A DNA stretch of 64,000 nt from an uncultured Gammaproteobacteria bacterium (GCA_964428655.1 CAYRYE010000001.1:73328-137327), one strand, 5' to 3'; shown: positions 30,077-42,466, numbered from the stretch's first letter. Notes: generated by a model from the letters alone, not told the origin. Translations and numbers: made by a program.

Positions 30077-30387
30077 CTATCAACTATTTACTCTTATTCT
30101 CTTATAACCCCACTTATGATTTTACTTGTTTGCTAAATATGGCTTTCATATAAGTGGAGTTGTATATTTAAGCGGCTCCTGACTTGAAGAAAATCCTTAA
30201 CTCTTCTTTTTAGCCTTGTTTTCATTGAATAGACTCTTTTTTGCATAGAGTCGTTGCTAACTTTTGAGTGGCATATATTGCCGTATCTTTGGATTCTTTT
30301 TATGTATTATTCCTATTGATACCATCCTGAATGATTCATCAGGAAATTAAGCCCCTCCCACAAAAAGTAGGTTCTTTTAATCTTTAG

Positions 30388-30835
30388 TCGGAATAGAGGT
30401 GATGTGCGGGTAAAAAAATACCATCCCGAACGACAACTCTTCCTCGCCGAGTTGCAGGCGACAGGTTTCTTACTACTACTCAAACTTGCCCAGGCCCGAT
30501 TACCAAGTGCTTTGCTCTAGCGTTGTAGTAGCCCCCAATACGGTGCTGTTTCTCTTGCGGCTTCTTATAAATGAGCAAAGAAGCCACAAAGATGAGCCAT
30601 GACTGGCTGACCCTCTGGGTTTGCACATCCAGGAAGTCTCGTTTGAGCTTCCTTACACCAATTTAGGTGTCAAAATGCCTCTATTCTATTTTTAACGTCC
30701 AACATATCGCTTTTAGGACGAGGTCTAAAGACCACAATTAGATATGTGGCAAGTAGCTTTACCTAAGCTAGTCTTGCTTTGTGACTAAAACTTGGTCTTT
30801 TACGACCTCTCGACTTAAAGTCGGACTTTGACTAA
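30388..30835 (-). ncRNA. Candidate large structured RNA (unassigned)
   Basis: ORF-free, dense hairpins, long-range pair GAATAGAGG/CCTCTATTC; strand inferred. Confidence 0.45.
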
Positions 30836-30839
30836 TGAA

Positions 30840-31436
30840 TTAGTTATTTGCTAAGCAATTTTGATATTTCTCAACAAACAACTGGTTATACTTTTCCTCT
30901 TCCTTTGAACTAAACTTTTTATCTTTTATTAGTGATAGCTTGTGTCGATGAAATTTTGAATTTTTACCCAAGCCTGGACTTACGCCTCCATAACCACATT
31001 TTTTAGCTGGTATGACCCAAACCTCAGTTGGAATTAAAGGGCTGATGTTGTCTATATAAAACAAACAAACATAATAAGCGACTTTGTGTCTTAAATCTTT
31101 GTTTTTTATCCTAAAAACAGGCTTTTTGAAGTGGGATGTTTTGACATTAACTTTGTCTCCACGCCAGATTAAATCAACGGCATGCTTATCATCAATAAGC
31201 TCAATATCTACAACATTTTCTCTAAAGTATGGGTGTCCGAGAATATAAAGCTCTCCAAGTCTACCCTTACCAGAATTGTTGTTATAAAGATGAAGTTTGG
31301 GGATTCTAGGAAGCCCGTATTTGCGCATCCAGTAAATGATTGTTCCATTGAATACGCCGAAGTAGTTGCCAACTCTTCTAGTTGAGCCTAACTCGTCGTA
31401 TTTAGTTTTAAGAACATCTTTGTTTTTGTATTCCAT
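30840..31436 (-). CDS. HTH plus putative PD-(D/E)XK nuclease
   Basis: N-terminal HTH; G.LGE, VD....KVNVKTS, WVIP. Confidence 0.65.
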   Translation of the reverse strand: MEYKNKDVLKTKYDELGSTRRVGNYFGVFNGTIIYWMRKYGLPRIPKLHLYNNNSGKGRLGELYILGHPYFRENVVDIELIDDKHAVDLIWRGDKVNVKTSHFKKPVFRIKNKDLRHKVAYYVCLFYIDNISPLIPTEVWVIPAKKCGYGGVSPGLGKNSKFHRHKLSLIKDKKFSSKEEEKYNQLFVEKYQNCLANN

Positions 31437-31692
31437 TGAATCTCCTGGACATGACAGAATTAAACCTGACACTCAGGAGATTCTTTTCTCCATTACCTAA
31501 AAACTAGACGGAAATATGGAGGGGCACAAAAAAAGGAGCCCTTTTACCCATATTCTTGGGTCTATGACTCCTACAAAGAGGTACTTAAACTAAAACTTTT
31601 ACTATATCTAGTATATCGACTCCCTTCCTTTTGTCAATAAGGAGCTGTATAATTAAGTATAGTTCCTCATTTATGAGTAAAGTAGAGGTAGT

Positions 31693-31875
31693 ATGAAAAA
31701 ACTGTTGACCATACGCCAAGCGGCGGAGTTATTAAGCGTAAACATTGAAACCCTTAGACGGTGGGATAGAAAAGGTAAATTAAAGGCTGTTAGGGTTGGC
31801 AGTCGTCACGGTGTTGGTGACCGTCGTTATAAACAAGAAGACATTGAAAAATATATAAAGAAAAACAGTAAATAA
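31693..31875 (+). CDS. MerR/HTH_17 DNA-binding protein
   Basis: LLTIRQAAELLSVNIETLRRWD..GKL...RRY. Confidence 0.88.
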   Translation: MKKLLTIRQAAELLSVNIETLRRWDRKGKLKAVRVGSRHGVGDRRYKQEDIEKYIKKNSK

Positions 31876-31898
31876 GTTAAAAGAAAATTAAGAGAATT

Positions 31899-33437
31899 AT
31901 GACAAAAAAATCTACAGCTAATCTTGGTTTTGAAAAGAAATTGTGGGCCGCCGCAGATAAACTTCGTGGCAATATGGACTCGAGCGAGTATAAACATGTT
32001 GTTTTGGGTCTGATTTTTCTTAAATACATATCCGATTCTTTTGAAGATACTTACCAATCAATTAAATCTGATAAAGACGCTTTTGATGGCGAGTGGGAAG
32101 ATAAAGACGCTTACAAGGCTAGAAACGTCTTCTGGGTGCCAGAAAAGGCACGTTGGGATTATCTCAAGCAAAACGCCAAGAAACCTGAAATAGGAAAAAT
32201 CGTAGACGATGCCATGATAGCCATTGAGAAGGATAACCCTACTCTCAAAGGTGTATTACCTAAAAGATTTGCCCGTCCAGACTTAAATAAACAGCGTTTG
32301 GGCGAGATTGTTGATATTTTTAGCTCTCTTGGTCTAGGAGACAAAGAATCCAAGGCTCAAGATATTCTAGGTAGGGTTTATGAATACTTTATTGGTAGAT
32401 TTGCCAGTGCTGAGGGCAAAGGTGGCGGTGAGTTTTACACTCCAGCTTCGGTGGTCAAACTTTTAGTGCAGATGATAGAGCCCTACAAGGGCAGAGTTTA
32501 TGACCCCTGCTGTGGTAGTGGGGGTATGTTTGTGCAAAGCGAAAAGTTTGTCGAAGAACATGGGGGCAAGACTAACGATATTGCAGTCTATGGACAGGAA
32601 AGTAACCCCACAACTTGGCGTCTCTGTAAGATGAATCTAGCCATACGAGGTATTGAGGGGAACCTTGGTTCATCTGATGCTGATAGCTTCCACAATGACC
32701 AACATAAAGACTTAAAAGCTGACTTTATTCTAGCCAATCCTCCTTTTAACGACAGCGATTGGGGTGGAGAAAGATTAAGAGATGATGTGCGCTGGAAATA
32801 TGGCACGCCTCCAACTGGTAGTGCTAACTATGCTTGGATTCAGCATTTTATCCATCATTTATCCCCTTCGGGTATTGCTGGCTTTGTAATGGCCAATGGG
32901 GCTTTGTCTTCAAACACTTCTAATGAAGGAAAGATAAGAGAAAGCTTGATAAAAGCTGGTTTAGTGGATTGCATTGTGGCTTTACCAGATAAGCTTTTTT
33001 ATACCACGGGTATCCCAGCCTCTTTATGGTTTGTATCTAGAGATAGACATAATCATAAATTCCGTGACCGCCACAATGAAATTCTTTTTATCGATGCCCG
33101 CAAGCTAGGTAAAATGATAGACCGTAGGCATAGAGAATTGACAGAAGCTCAACTCAAACAAATTTATGACACATATCACAACTGGAGAAATAAAAACGGC
33201 AAATATGAGGACGTCAAAGGATTCAATAAAGCCGCCAAGATTGAAGAAGTAGAAAAGAATGGCTTTGTATTGACTCCTGGTCGCTATGTGGGTACAGATT
33301 TTGAAATGGAGGATGACGAATTTTTCGAAGAGAAAATGAAAAGACTCACCAATGAGTTAAGTCAACAGTTCAAAGAGTCAAAGGAATTAGAAAAGAAAAT
33401 TAAAGAAAATTTAACAAAAGTTGGATTTAAGCTATGA
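31899..33437 (+). CDS. hsdM: Type I RM methyltransferase
   Basis: [28 protein letters not shown]. Confidence 0.97.
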   Translation: MTKKSTANLGFEKKLWAAADKLRGNMDSSEYKHVVLGLIFLKYISDSFEDTYQSIKSDKDAFDGEWEDKDAYKARNVFWVPEKARWDYLKQNAKKPEIGKIVDDAMIAIEKDNPTLKGVLPKRFARPDLNKQRLGEIVDIFSSLGLGDKESKAQDILGRVYEYFIGRFASAEGKGGGEFYTPASVVKLLVQMIEPYKGRVYDPCCGSGGMFVQSEKFVEEHGGKTNDIAVYGQESNPTTWRLCKMNLAIRGIEGNLGSSDADSFHNDQHKDLKADFILANPPFNDSDWGGERLRDDVRWKYGTPPTGSANYAWIQHFIHHLSPSGIAGFVMANGALSSNTSNEGKIRESLIKAGLVDCIVALPDKLFYTTGIPASLWFVSRDRHNHKFRDRHNEILFIDARKLGKMIDRRHRELTEAQLKQIYDTYHNWRNKNGKYEDVKGFNKAAKIEEVEKNGFVLTPGRYVGTDFEMEDDEFFEEKMKRLTNELSQQFKESKELEKKIKENLTKVGFKL

Positions 33438-34003
33438 AACAAAAATTAATACTTTTCCATAAGAGAATTGAAAGATTAAAGCTGAATAAGGACTTCTTTG
33501 TTAGTAGTCGTGTGAATATTAACTATGAGAAAGACAGAGGAACGTACACTTCTTTTAAGGGCCCTGATACTAAGACGGTGAAGGCATTTCTTTTAGATTT
33601 TAGGCCATTTGTATTAAATGATGAGCCGATAAATTTTGACCATATCAGTAACTTGGTTTACAAAACAAGTCCTGACAATAAAGTCAAAGAAAATACTGCC
33701 AAAGCAAAAGATGGTTGGAATAAACTACTGGAGCGTAAGAAATCATCCCCCGTTGGTGGATTAAGGCTTCAGATTGATGGGAAACAACTTTTATCTCAGG
33801 AGAACTTGGATATGTGGTTAAATGCCGACTATTTTCATCTAGATGAAAATAAACGAGATTTAATGACAAGGATTAGCAGTAACCCAATGGGTCAAATTTC
33901 TTATTTTGTTTTTGTTGATTTATTGCAACGTCTGAGTCAAATGTTGTTTTGGTTTGATAACAAAGTAATAAATCCAATTTTAGGTAAACACAAATCTAAA
34001 TAA
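33434..34003 (+). CDS. Hypothetical protein nested in hsd operon
   Basis: 189 aa; FRPF...EP and WLNADYFH.D motifs; possibly HEPN-like. Confidence 0.7.
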   Translation: MKQKLILFHKRIERLKLNKDFFVSSRVNINYEKDRGTYTSFKGPDTKTVKAFLLDFRPFVLNDEPINFDHISNLVYKTSPDNKVKENTAKAKDGWNKLLERKKSSPVGGLRLQIDGKQLLSQENLDMWLNADYFHLDENKRDLMTRISSNPMGQISYFVFVDLLQRLSQMLFWFDNKVINPILGKHKSK

Positions 34004-34007
34004 AACT

Positions 34008-34514
34008 ATGGACAATTTTTTTATAAAAATTTATACAGAGCAGATAAAAGACCAGCTTAGTGAGGCTGAACTTTGTTTTGAGAAAATTAAAAACAACTTA
34101 AAAAATAGCCCTGTTGTGTTTGGTGCAATCCATCACTTTTTGGTGCACGTCTCTAATGTAGCTAAATTGATACAACCGAAAACTAAGGAAGATAATGATT
34201 TTCGAAAATACAGAGCCATCTCACTTAAGAGAGCATACCCCAATTTGCCAACCCTTAATCCAAATGAAATCCATGTTCGAAATGATTATGAACATTACGA
34301 TGAAAGAATTGACCATTGGGTTATTAACTCTAAAAAACACAATTATGCAGATAAAAACATTGGTCCAATCACGGCAATTAAAGGTTTAGAACCAAAAGAT
34401 AATTTTAGGTGGTTTGACGATACAAAAATGACACTTTATTTCTGTGGCAGAGAATATCATCTGGACGATTTGTTTTCATACATTCAAAAAGTTAAAAAAG
34501 CAATAAATGAATAA
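34008..34514 (+). CDS. Putative HEPN-domain protein
   Basis: Helical protein with RNDYEH (Rx4H). Confidence 0.6.
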   Translation: MDNFFIKIYTEQIKDQLSEAELCFEKIKNNLKNSPVVFGAIHHFLVHVSNVAKLIQPKTKEDNDFRKYRAISLKRAYPNLPTLNPNEIHVRNDYEHYDERIDHWVINSKKHNYADKNIGPITAIKGLEPKDNFRWFDDTKMTLYFCGREYHLDDLFSYIQKVKKAINE

Positions 34515-35790
34515 TAAACAAGTTAATTACAAGCAGACAGAAATTGGTGAGGTTCCTAAAGACTGGCAAGTGGAACCAGTTTCCAGAGCTTCAGAAATAA
34601 TAAGTGGCGGTACTCCCAAAACATCTAAAGCTGAATACTGGGGCGGAAAAATACCCTGGTTGTCAGTTGCAGATTTCAATAATGAGCAAAGATATGTTTA
34701 TGATTCAGAAAAAACTATAACGGAAAAGGGATTAAACGGTAGTAGCACAAATATCCTTAAAAAGGAAATGTTGATTATCTCGGCGAGAGGTACAGTAGGT
34801 GTGTTGGCTCAAGTTGGCAGAGACATGGCCTTTAACCAATCCTGTTACGGCTTGAATTCAAAACAAGGTTATATTAACGATTTTCTTTACTACTCTCTTA
34901 AAAGTCGCATGGGCGCTATAAGACAAAAAACTCATGGTTCCGTTTTTTCAACTATCACGAAAAGAACTTTTGATGATATTTTTTTACCCAAACCAAAAGT
35001 TGAAGAACAACAACAAATAGCCTCAGTTCTTTCTTCTCTCGATGACAAAATTGAGCTGAATCGCAAAATGAACCAGACCCTTGAAGAAATGGGTAAAGCT
35101 CTTTTTAAGAATTGGTTTGTAGACTTTGAATTCCCTAATAATGAGGGAAAACCATATAAATCAAGCGGTGGCAAAATGGTGGAGAGTGAGCTCGGAGAGA
35201 TACCAAAAGGATGGGATGTTGCACAATTAAAAGAATTTGGAGAAATAGTTTGTGGTAAAACACCTCCAAAAAAGAAAAGTGAGTATTTTGGCGGAAATGT
35301 TCCGTTTATCAAAATACCAGATATGCACAGTCAAATGTTTATAGTTAAGACGGAAGACTCTCTAACTAAGGAAGGTATGGATTTTCAAAAACAGAAAAAT
35401 TTGCTAAAAGATTCTATCTGTGTAAGTTGTATTGCCACAGTAGGGTTAGTTTGCATCACAAGCCAGGTGTCTCAAACCAATCAACAAATTAATTCAATTG
35501 TTCCAAGTGAGAGATTTTATAGGGAATATTTGTATTTCACACTGAGTTCAATGGACAGGACTTTAAGAGATTATGCAAGCGGAGGCTCGGCAACGCTAAA
35601 TCTAAATACAGGTAGTTTTTCGAAAATATATATCCTAAAACCAAGCAAGGAGACTTTACAACTGTTTAATGAGCACAACTCAAATTTATTTGAAAAAGTT
35701 TTAATGAATGAAAAGGAAAACATAAACCTTGCTCAAGCTCGAGACTCTCTTCTACCAAGATTAATGAGTGGGAGGTTGAGAGTAAATTAA
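34507..35790 (+). CDS. hsdS: Type I RM specificity subunit
   Basis: Two TRDs, EQQQIASVLSSLDDKIELN, RDSLLPRLMSG. Confidence 0.96.
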   Translation: MNNKQVNYKQTEIGEVPKDWQVEPVSRASEIISGGTPKTSKAEYWGGKIPWLSVADFNNEQRYVYDSEKTITEKGLNGSSTNILKKEMLIISARGTVGVLAQVGRDMAFNQSCYGLNSKQGYINDFLYYSLKSRMGAIRQKTHGSVFSTITKRTFDDIFLPKPKVEEQQQIASVLSSLDDKIELNRKMNQTLEEMGKALFKNWFVDFEFPNNEGKPYKSSGGKMVESELGEIPKGWDVAQLKEFGEIVCGKTPPKKKSEYFGGNVPFIKIPDMHSQMFIVKTEDSLTKEGMDFQKQKNLLKDSICVSCIATVGLVCITSQVSQTNQQINSIVPSERFYREYLYFTLSSMDRTLRDYASGGSATLNLNTGSFSKIYILKPSKETLQLFNEHNSNLFEKVLMNEKENINLAQARDSLLPRLMSGRLRVN

Positions 35791-35792
35791 GT

Positions 35793-36932
35793 ATGAAAAA
35801 ATATCAATTAACCAGAGTATCAAGTAACGTAGCCAGAACAGATGACATTGTTATTGAGGAAAGCGGTACTTTTAGAAAAGTGTTTCGTGGAATTGTTATT
35901 AAAGACAATCCAAAAGACCCCAAGGCGACACTGAAAGGCTACATTATTGTTCAAAGAAAGGGGCCTAGGGACGAATGGAAAGACTTGTCTTCAATAAAGT
36001 TGAATGAGTTGAAAAAAGATGAAGGTATAAAATTTGAATTAAAAAGTTTAGCATTACAAAATTTATTTGAGGCATTAAATAACTTATATCGTATTTCAAA
36101 ACAAGAATTGCCCTGGTTAGAGGAGAGCTATGTTGTAGCTAAGGAAGAAGAAATTATCAGGGTTAGTGAAAAGAGGAAAAGTTTTGTAAAAAAATTGCTC
36201 AAACAGGATTATGGAAATGAAGTTTGGGAACAATTGATTGAAACTGAACCCCATCTAGCCACAAGATTAGCTCATTCAAGGATACAAACAGAGCGAGAGT
36301 CTGCTCTCGCTGAATTTGAGGCATCATTGAGCGAAGAAAAGGGTGAAGCGTACTGGCAAACATTCTTTCAAGAAAATGAATGGATTTTTGGGCTGGGTCT
36401 AAAATACCAATATCTACATTTAATTACAGCTCAACCAGATTATGGTGGTGGTAATGTTTTTGGTTCTGGTAGTCAAAGAGGCGACTATCTTATGGACACC
36501 ACGTCTGATAGCAAATTTACAGTTTTGGTAGAAATTAAGAAGCCAGAAACGCCGCTTCTCGGTAGTGATGAGTATAGAAATGGAGCATGGGAATTGGGAG
36601 AAGATTTAGTTGGTGGTGTTTCTCAAATTCAAGTGAATGCTAATAAGTGGGAGGTGGCTGGTTCAAGAACCGATGAAAACAGAGAAGCGTTAGAAGACGT
36701 GACGACATGTAGTCCAAAGGGTCTTTTAATAATTGGGCATTGTGACCAGCTTGATAGTGCCTCAAAAAAGAAAACCTTTGAATTGTATAGGCAAAATTTA
36801 GTTAATCCAGAAGTAATTACCTTTGACGAACTGCATGAAAGGGCAAAATTTATAGTTAACAACTCATCAGATGAAACTTCACCTGAGCCTGTAGAAGTTG
36901 ATATTTCAGAGGATGAAAAAATACCTTTTTAA
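35793..36932 (+). CDS. sduA: Shedu (DUF4263) anti-phage nuclease
   Basis: E..WQ.FF..N.WIFG, DYL, VEIKKP, SQ, ITFDEL. Confidence 0.82.
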   Translation: MKKYQLTRVSSNVARTDDIVIEESGTFRKVFRGIVIKDNPKDPKATLKGYIIVQRKGPRDEWKDLSSIKLNELKKDEGIKFELKSLALQNLFEALNNLYRISKQELPWLEESYVVAKEEEIIRVSEKRKSFVKKLLKQDYGNEVWEQLIETEPHLATRLAHSRIQTERESALAEFEASLSEEKGEAYWQTFFQENEWIFGLGLKYQYLHLITAQPDYGGGNVFGSGSQRGDYLMDTTSDSKFTVLVEIKKPETPLLGSDEYRNGAWELGEDLVGGVSQIQVNANKWEVAGSRTDENREALEDVTTCSPKGLLIIGHCDQLDSASKKKTFELYRQNLVNPEVITFDELHERAKFIVNNSSDETSPEPVEVDISEDEKIPF

Positions 36933-36934
36933 GT

Positions 36935-39900
36935 ATGACTAAATACACAGAAACAGACCTAGAATTAGCAACATTAGACTGGCTTGAAGAGCTTGGTTAT
37001 ACCATTGTGGGTGGTCCAGAAATTGCACCACCTCCAGATGGGGAAAGACCAGAGCGCAAAAGCTATTCTGATGTTGTTTTGGAAGACAGGCTCCGTTCTG
37101 CTATTGAGCAATTCAACCCTGGTATTCCAGAAGATGCCAAAGAAGAAGCTTTTAAGAAGGTCTTGCAGGCCACTAATACCACACCCAGCCTTGTACTTAA
37201 CAACAAAATATTTCACTCATATTTGAGGGATGGTGTGGATGTTGAGTATATGCGAGATGATGGTTCTGTTGCTGGAGATAAAGTAAAACTAGTTGACTTC
37301 AAAAATATTGATAAGAATGATTTTCTGGCAGTTAACCAGTACACAGTTATTGAAAACAACGTAAACAGACGCCCTGATGTGGTGGTATTTATAAATGGGT
37401 TGCCTGTAGTTGTTATTGAACTTAAAAACCCAGGTGACGAGAAGGCCACAGTTAAAAGTGCCTTTAACCAGATTCAGACCTACAAGCAAGATATTCCCTC
37501 ACTCTTTGTATATAACGAGCTATCAATTATTAGCGATGGCCTAGAGGCTAAAGTAGGCACCATTAGTGCTGATATTGAGTGGTTTACTCGCTGGAGAACA
37601 GTTGATGGTGAAGAATTGGCCCCCAATGCTGTACCTCAGCTAGAAGTTTTACTAAAAGGTATTTTTGATAAAACAAGACTTTTGGATTTAATAAGCAATT
37701 TTATTGTTTATGAAACCGATGGTGAGAAAACAATTAAAAAGGCCGCCGCCTATCATCAATACTTTGCAACTAATAAAGCTATTGAAAGCACCATTAAAGC
37801 AACCATGGAGGAGGGAGATAGAAGGGCTGGTGTAGTTTGGCATACTCAAGGGTCTGGCAAGAGTTTAACCATGACCTTTTATGCAGGCAAGGTGATACAA
37901 GCTCTAAACAACCCCACTCTGGTAGTTTTGACCGATAGAAATGACTTGGACAATCAGCTTTTCGGTACATTCTCCAGGTGTTCAGATTTACTTAGGCAAG
38001 CACCTAAGCAGGCTAATGATAGAGATGAGTTGCAAGAACTTTTAAGTGTTGCTTCTGGTGGTGTGGTATTTACGACAATACAGAAGTTTTTACCTGAAAA
38101 TGGACATAATACTTACCCACAACTTTCTGACAGAAAAAACATTGTTGTTGTAGCCGATGAAGCTCATAGAAGCCAATATGAATTTATCAAAGGCTTTGCT
38201 CGTCACATGCGTGATGCTCTGCCCAATGCTTCGTTTATTGGTTTTACAGGTACTCCAGTTGAATTGATGGATAGGAATACAAGAGCAGTTTTTGGTGAGT
38301 ATGTTGATGTTTATGATGTAACCAGAGCAGTTGAAGATAAGGCCACGGTGCCTATTTATTACGAAGCTAGACTAGCAAGAATAGAACTGAAAAAAGATGA
38401 GCAACCTAAGATTGACCCTGAATTTGAAGAGTTAACCGAAGGTGAAGAGGTAGAACGTAAGGAAAAACTAAAGAGTAAATGGGCCAGGCTTGAGGCTATG
38501 GTTGGCTCAGAAAAAAGAATTAGTTTGGTGGCCCGTGACTTAGTTGAGCATTTTGAGAATCGATTAACTGCAATTGAAGGAAAAGGAATGATAGTTGCCA
38601 TGAGCAGAAGGATTGCGGTGGACCTGTATAACGAGATTATTAAACTTCGACCTAACTGGCATAGTGACGATGATAAAAAGGGTGTATTGAAGGTAGTTAT
38701 GACTGGTTCAGCCTCTGACCCTTTGATTTTCCAACCACATATTAGACCCAAACACGCCTTAAATGAATTAGCTGGTAGGATGAAAGACCCAGATGATGAG
38801 ATGAAGTTAGTGATTGTTAGAGATATGTGGCTAACTGGTTTTGATGTTCCTTGTCTTCACACTATGTATATAGATAAACCAATGAAAGGTCATGGTTTGA
38901 TGCAGGCTATTGCTCGGGTAAACAGAGTTTACAAAGACAAGCAAGGTGGTTTGATAGTTGACTACATTGGCATAGCTCCCCAACTAAAAGAAGCCCTTTC
39001 TTATTACTCGGCAAGTGACAGGCAAGAAACAGCTATACCGCAAGACAAGGCAGTTTCTCTGATGCTTGAAAAATACGAAGTGGTTAAGGGCATGTATCAC
39101 GGCTTTGACTATCAAAAATACTTAACAGGTACTCCAGCAGAGCGAACCCAGACTATTTCAGGCGCTACAGACTATATATTGGGGCTTAAAGATGGCAAGA
39201 AACGCTACTTAAAGGCAGTTTCTGAGCTATCTAAGGCATTTTCTTTGGCTGTTCCTCATGATGAGGCAATTAAGATTAGAGATGAGGTTTCTTTCTTCCA
39301 GATTGTACGAAGCGGGATTGTAAAAATGGAGCCTGTAGGCGGTGGTCCAACTGATGATGACTATGATGTGGCTATCAAACAAATAGTATCTTCTGCGGTT
39401 GCTTCAGACCATGTGATTGATATTTACTCTGCCGCTGGGATAAAAGCCCCAGATATTTCTATATTTTCAGAAGAGTTTTTAGCTGAAGTTAGGAACATGA
39501 AGCACAAGAATGTGGCTTTGGAATTGTTAAAGAAACTTTTGAATGATGAGCTTAGAACCATGACTAAAAAGAACTTGGTTATGTCTCGGTCCTTTTCTGA
39601 CATGCTGGCTGAGACTATCCGTAAATACCAGAATAGAACCCTTGAAGCGGCTCAAGTGATAGCCGAACTTTTAGAACTTGCTAAAAAGATACGAGATGAA
39701 AAAGATAAGGGTAAGGATTTAGGTTTGAGTGAAGACGAAGTGGCTTTTTATGATGCTTTGGCAAATAACGAAAGCGCAGTAAAAGAGCTGGGAGACAAAA
39801 CGCTCAAAGCTATGGCAATAGAGTTGGTTGATATGCTTCGCAAGAATACCACGATTGACTGGACTATAAAGGAAAGTGTCCAGGCTAAGCTGAGAGTTTA

Positions 39901-40015
39901 CATTAAAAGATTGCTGAAGAAATATAAGTATCCGCCAGACAAGCAAGAGGGAGCTACTAAGATAGTATTAGAACAGGCAGAGTTACTAGCTAAAGATTGG
40001 ACAGGAGAAAAATAA
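36935..40015 (+). CDS. hsdR: Type I RM restriction subunit
   Basis: [39 protein letters not shown]. Confidence 0.97.
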   Translation: MTKYTETDLELATLDWLEELGYTIVGGPEIAPPPDGERPERKSYSDVVLEDRLRSAIEQFNPGIPEDAKEEAFKKVLQATNTTPSLVLNNKIFHSYLRDGVDVEYMRDDGSVAGDKVKLVDFKNIDKNDFLAVNQYTVIENNVNRRPDVVVFINGLPVVVIELKNPGDEKATVKSAFNQIQTYKQDIPSLFVYNELSIISDGLEAKVGTISADIEWFTRWRTVDGEELAPNAVPQLEVLLKGIFDKTRLLDLISNFIVYETDGEKTIKKAAAYHQYFATNKAIESTIKATMEEGDRRAGVVWHTQGSGKSLTMTFYAGKVIQALNNPTLVVLTDRNDLDNQLFGTFSRCSDLLRQAPKQANDRDELQELLSVASGGVVFTTIQKFLPENGHNTYPQLSDRKNIVVVADEAHRSQYEFIKGFARHMRDALPNASFIGFTGTPVELMDRNTRAVFGEYVDVYDVTRAVEDKATVPIYYEARLARIELKKDEQPKIDPEFEELTEGEEVERKEKLKSKWARLEAMVGSEKRISLVARDLVEHFENRLTAIEGKGMIVAMSRRIAVDLYNEIIKLRPNWHSDDDKKGVLKVVMTGSASDPLIFQPHIRPKHALNELAGRMKDPDDEMKLVIVRDMWLTGFDVPCLHTMYIDKPMKGHGLMQAIARVNRVYKDKQGGLIVDYIGIAPQLKEALSYYSASDRQETAIPQDKAVSLMLEKYEVVKGMYHGFDYQKYLTGTPAERTQTISGATDYILGLKDGKKRYLKAVSELSKAFSLAVPHDEAIKIRDEVSFFQIVRSGIVKMEPVGGGPTDDDYDVAIKQIVSSAVASDHVIDIYSAAGIKAPDISIFSEEFLAEVRNMKHKNVALELLKKLLNDELRTMTKKNLVMSRSFSDMLAETIRKYQNRTLEAAQVIAELLELAKKIRDEKDKGKDLGLSEDEVAFYDALANNESAVKELGDKTLKAMAIELVDMLRKNTTIDWTIKESVQAKLRVYIKRLLKKYKYPPDKQEGATKIVLEQAELLAKDWTGEK

Positions 40016-40393
40016 ATGACTCAACTACAAATATATCCCATCAAATGTGAATGCGGTAACTTGATAGATGTTAACCTCTATCAAAGTGTAAATGTCACGG
40101 TAGACCCATCGCTTCTTGGAAAAGTAAAGAAAAGAAAAATAAACAACTATAAGTGTGATAAGTGTGGTGCAGAAAGTGAGCTTGCATATCAATTTTTATT
40201 TGTTGATATGAAAAAAGGAATCTGGGTATGGTGTTATCCAGAAGCGGAAAGAAAAAACAAAGACAAAATTGAGGAAGAACTTCTAAAAACGCAAGCTTTG
40301 GAAAATATGTTACAGAAACTCGGACAGCCCAAGCCCACAATAGTATTTGGCTACGATGAGCTTTTAGATAAATTAGATTCAAACAAAAAATAA
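40016..40393 (+). CDS. CpXC-like zinc-ribbon protein
   Basis: CECG...SVNVT.DP.L...CDKCG. Confidence 0.75.
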   Translation: MTQLQIYPIKCECGNLIDVNLYQSVNVTVDPSLLGKVKKRKINNYKCDKCGAESELAYQFLFVDMKKGIWVWCYPEAERKNKDKIEEELLKTQALENMLQKLGQPKPTIVFGYDELLDKLDSNKK

Positions 40394-41151
40394 TGTCTCA
40401 ATACTACAACGCCAAACGTTCAATAAAATATTGCTACCAGCCAGGGTCTAAACAACCTTTTAAGTTTAGTCGTTCAAAGATTGACCTATTTTTACAATGT
40501 CCAAGGTGTTTTTATATGGATAGGCGCCTGGGTGTTGCTAGACCTCCTGGATTCCCTTTTGCCTTGAATAGTGCCGTAGATAAGCTTCTAAAGCTCGAGT
40601 TTGACGCTCACAGGGTCAATGGCACCCAACATCCTCTACTTGAGAAATATGACGTGGATGCTAAACCAGTAGCTCACGAAAAACTAGATGACTGGAGACA
40701 AAACTTTGTAGGGGTTCAGTATTTGCACAAACCCACTAACTTATTAGTCTTTGGAGCAATTGATGACTTATGGATTAACTCTAAGGATGAATATATTGTG
40801 GTTGATTATAAATCTACAAGTAAAGGTGAAGCGATAACTGAACTAGATAAGGATTGGCACGAAGGCTATAAACGCCAGATGGAGATTTACCAGTGGTTGT
40901 TAAGGCAGAATGAGTACAAAGTTTCCGATACTGGTTACTTTGTTTACTGTAATGGCATTACTGACAAGAAAGCCTTTGATGCCAAGCTTGAATTTAATGT
41001 GACCTTAATCGCTTATGAGGGAAATGATAACTGGGTTGAGAAAGCTATTAAGGGCGCACACAAATGCTTAAACGGTGACTCAATCCCTGAAGCTGGTGAA
41101 GATTGTGACTATTGTGCTTATAGGGAAGCGGTAAAGGAGATTGAGTCTTAA
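40393..41151 (+). CDS. PD-(D/E)XK nuclease family protein
   Basis: SRSKIDLF..CPRCFY, GAIDD, VDYKST, QMEIY, CDYC. Confidence 0.88.
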   Translation: MSQYYNAKRSIKYCYQPGSKQPFKFSRSKIDLFLQCPRCFYMDRRLGVARPPGFPFALNSAVDKLLKLEFDAHRVNGTQHPLLEKYDVDAKPVAHEKLDDWRQNFVGVQYLHKPTNLLVFGAIDDLWINSKDEYIVVDYKSTSKGEAITELDKDWHEGYKRQMEIYQWLLRQNEYKVSDTGYFVYCNGITDKKAFDAKLEFNVTLIAYEGNDNWVEKAIKGAHKCLNGDSIPEAGEDCDYCAYREAVKEIES

Positions 41152-41230
41152 ATACGGATGCTTGGTTAACTGTTTAGATGCGAACACTTTTTATAAAAAT
41201 CTTTAACTTAAGCAAAAGATGGTAAAAGGT

Positions 41231-41947
41231 TTATATTTCCAACAAAAACTTGATTAAAAACTGCAAATAATAAACTCCCGTCAAGATAAAAATCGAAGCT
41301 ATTACTTTTCTACCTACCTTTTCAATTTTTTGCACAACAGAGAAAGCTTGACCAACCCTTTTCATACTAAAGGCTATTAGAAAAGAGAAAACAATTACTG
41401 GCAGACCAGTGCCTAGACCAAATAAAGGTGGCAATAAAAGGGCTTCGTTGGATTTCAAAACTAAAGGGATAAGGACTCCAAAAAACAAAACTCCGCTATA
41501 AGGACAAAAAGCCAAAGCAAAAAGACAACCTAAAAGAAAAGAGCCGAGATAGCCTTTAGTAGCGAGTTTTTCTTTGAGACGCTCCACTTTGTCATTTTTA
41601 GTTTTGATGTTTAACTTGATAGCATCAAACATGACTAAGCCAATTATTATCAGTATTGGCCCCAATATTTTTTCTCCCCAGCCTTGAAAAATACGTGAGA
41701 CTTCAAAAGAAGAGAAGCCAAGGTAAATTAGAGAGGCCAAAACCGTGTAGCTAAGGCCACGGCCAATGGTATAACAAAGGCCATTTAGAAGTGTATTCTT
41801 AGGGTTTTTAATCTCTTTGGAAATATAAGCAATAGCAGTAATGTTGGTAGCCAATGGGCAAGGACTGATAGAGGTAAGAATTCCAGTTAGAAAAGCGGTT
41901 AAGAGCGGAATGTTGTATTGGTCAATAAGCAGATTAATATAATCCAT
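41231..41947 (-). CDS. DsbD/CcdA-like membrane protein (ArsG-like)
   Basis: SPCPLATNI and AFCPYSG Cys pair; 6 TM helices. Confidence 0.85.
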   Translation of the reverse strand: MDYINLLIDQYNIPLLTAFLTGILTSISPCPLATNITAIAYISKEIKNPKNTLLNGLCYTIGRGLSYTVLASLIYLGFSSFEVSRIFQGWGEKILGPILIIIGLVMFDAIKLNIKTKNDKVERLKEKLATKGYLGSFLLGCLFALAFCPYSGVLFFGVLIPLVLKSNEALLLPPLFGLGTGLPVIVFSFLIAFSMKRVGQAFSVVQKIEKVGRKVIASIFILTGVYYLQFLIKFLLEI

Positions 41948-41950
41948 GGT

Positions 41951-42466
41951 TTACTTTCCCAATAAGGTATCAAGTTTGTCTTCGAAATAATCAGTAAATT
42001 TTTCTTGATTATTAACCAGTCGCCAAACTGTTGTATCCTCTTCGATATTGTATTTGTCATCGCTAATAGCATTAATAAACAAAGACGAGCCCCTAGCCTG
42101 ATACTTAACAACAATCTCTTTGTTTTCTGGTAATTCAATATTAATATCCTTGAAGACTACTTTTCCTGATTGATATTCTTCTGGAAACTTATCTTTGATG
42201 GTTTGTAAGGCGTATTTACCAACAGTGATACAAGAAAAGCACTGGTGAGTAGCATGGAAATGAACCACTTCGATTTTATCCGCTGGTATTGTCTCTTGAC
42301 TTGCTAATGAGGAATTATTTTCTTTTTGCGGTTCAATTGAAGTTGGTTGAGTTGAACCTAGAATAGAGGAGCTTTTAATCTCTTTATTAGAAAAGCCTTT
42401 TAAGCCAAAAAACAGGGCGATTATTATTAAGATTACACTGATAAAGAAAATTATTTTTTTATTCAT
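41951..42466 (-). CDS. Exported thioredoxin-fold protein (ArsF-like)
   Basis: Signal anchor; VVHFHATHQCFSC. Confidence 0.75.
   Translation of the reverse strand: MNKKIIFFISVILIIIALFFGLKGFSNKEIKSSSILGSTQPTSIEPQKENNSSLASQETIPADKIEVVHFHATHQCFSCITVGKYALQTIKDKFPEEYQSGKVVFKDINIELPENKEIVVKYQARGSSLFINAISDDKYNIEEDTTVWRLVNNQEKFTDYFEDKLDTLLGK

Noticed and set aside
41152-41230. att junction between RM block and ars operon
   Set aside because: Only a partial VRI register on the minus strand; the GGGAG core is absent.
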